32,143 bases of DNA from an uncultured Lachnospiraceae bacterium (GTDB lineage: Bacteria; Bacillota; Clostridia; Oscillospirales; CAG-272): contig CAZMRH010000002.1 of NCBI GenBank assembly GCA_964568705.1, forward strand, positions 1 to 32,143, read 5' to 3'. The notes beneath the pieces are model-generated. The model did not search any database, had not been told where the DNA came from, and saw only the letters and a program-made list of their open reading frames with translations. This document shows, one piece after another, positions 31,761 to 32,143 of the stretch. The position numbers were made by a program, and so were the translations under genes. Within the stretch, counting starts at the first letter, position 1. Every line of letters starts with the position of its first letter.

Positions 31761-31917
31761 TGTATACGAATATGGCATTATTTATAATTTTAGAAAATGT
31801 GAACTCCGATATCAGCGCATGACTCATGATTTTTATCTTTTTATTATTCGTCTTGCAAAATATTTGGCTTATATTTTTACGGCTCTACGATATTATTTCC
31901 GAATCTGTAGTTTTGTA

Positions 31918-31946
31918 TTGACAATATATGATTTATGATATATAAT
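31918..31946 (+). promoter_or_regulatory. Perfect consensus sigma-A promoter of the right-edge gene
   Basis: TTGACA (31918-31923), a 17-nt spacer, then TATAAT (31941-31946). Confidence 0.7.
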
Positions 31947-32002
31947 GTAATTAATGATTAACAAGTTATTACGAGGGAATCCTAAAACTGGAGATACATA
32001 TT

Positions 32003-32143
32003 ATGTGCTTTGATTTTGCCTTTATTGTCGGTATTATTCTACTTTGTATAGATGCGATTATTGCAGTTTACTATATACTTCACATACGCAGTACAAAGAG
32101 AGTCCGCCGTGCATCCGACTCTGACTTCAGCTCGATTCCGCTT
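32003..32143 (+). CDS. Partial CDS (N-terminus only): small hydrophobic or membrane protein, truncated by the window end
   Basis: The ATG at 32003 follows a GGAGA RBS and the consensus promoter. It reads MCFDFAFIVGIILLCIDAIIAVYYILHIRSTKRVRRASDSDFSSIPL... and is open to the end of the window. Confidence 0.4.
   Translation, partial: MCFDFAFIVGIILLCIDAIIAVYYILHIRSTKRVRRASDSDFSSIPL

Noticed and set aside
1-32143. Search for rRNA, tRNA, CRISPR arrays, transposases, integrases, reverse transcriptases, phage genes, toxin-antitoxin pairs or known defence genes
   Set aside because: I found no T-arm-like GGTTCGAATCC motifs, no regularly spaced direct repeats and no DDE, tyrosine-recombinase or serine-recombinase-like ORFs. 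The only nucleotide-hydrolase-like small gene (the MazG-like gene) sits in a biosynthetic context. I therefore do not claim a defence or mobile island.

Overview
This is a chromosomal, mostly core-genome window of about 50% GC. It reads like a spore-forming, cellulosome-type member of the Clostridia (Oscillospiraceae/Ruminococcus-like). That guess rests on the dockerin repeats, spoIVB-sigG and the Gram-positive RBS and promoter style.

I call 32 complete CDS, one partial CDS at the right edge and one gene relic.

Landmarks:
- The conserved rpmG-secE-nusG-rplK-rplA cluster (20165-22402, minus).
- The sporulation genes spoIVB and sigG (11329-13457, minus), with a DUF1540-like Cys-rich gene next to them.
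- Two large secreted proteins with C-terminal dockerins: a BspA-type LRR protein (8989-11247) and a protein with three lectin-like modules (17310-19625).
- A DUF2975 / YozG-type HTH / large membrane protein operon (92-2677, minus).
- An LD-carboxypeptidase and a YdcF-like gene, rfbF with a MazG-like gene, and a MATE exporter.
- An ABC ATPase with a large permease, and an RNHCP protein next to an O-antigen-ligase-like protein.

I found no rRNA, tRNA, CRISPR array, transposase, integrase, reverse transcriptase or recognisable defence or toxin gene set, so I do not claim a novel multi-gene protein system.

Features the gene calls do not explain:
1. A modular intergenic repeat family with at least five copies. 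It includes a 21-nt perfect inverted match between two copies 4 kb apart. Four copies start at or just after the stop codon of a co-oriented gene.
2. A 3' relic of a dockerin gene directly upstream of the rpmG promoter. Together with the absence of rplJ-rplL after rplA, this suggests a rearranged ribosomal-protein locus.
3. Three noncoding stretches closed by strong intrinsic terminators with no gene to terminate (about 13458-13838, 22691-22931 and 31575-31760). The last contains two copies of a bulged-hairpin motif.

All family names come from motif recognition by eye. No database search or folding program was run.
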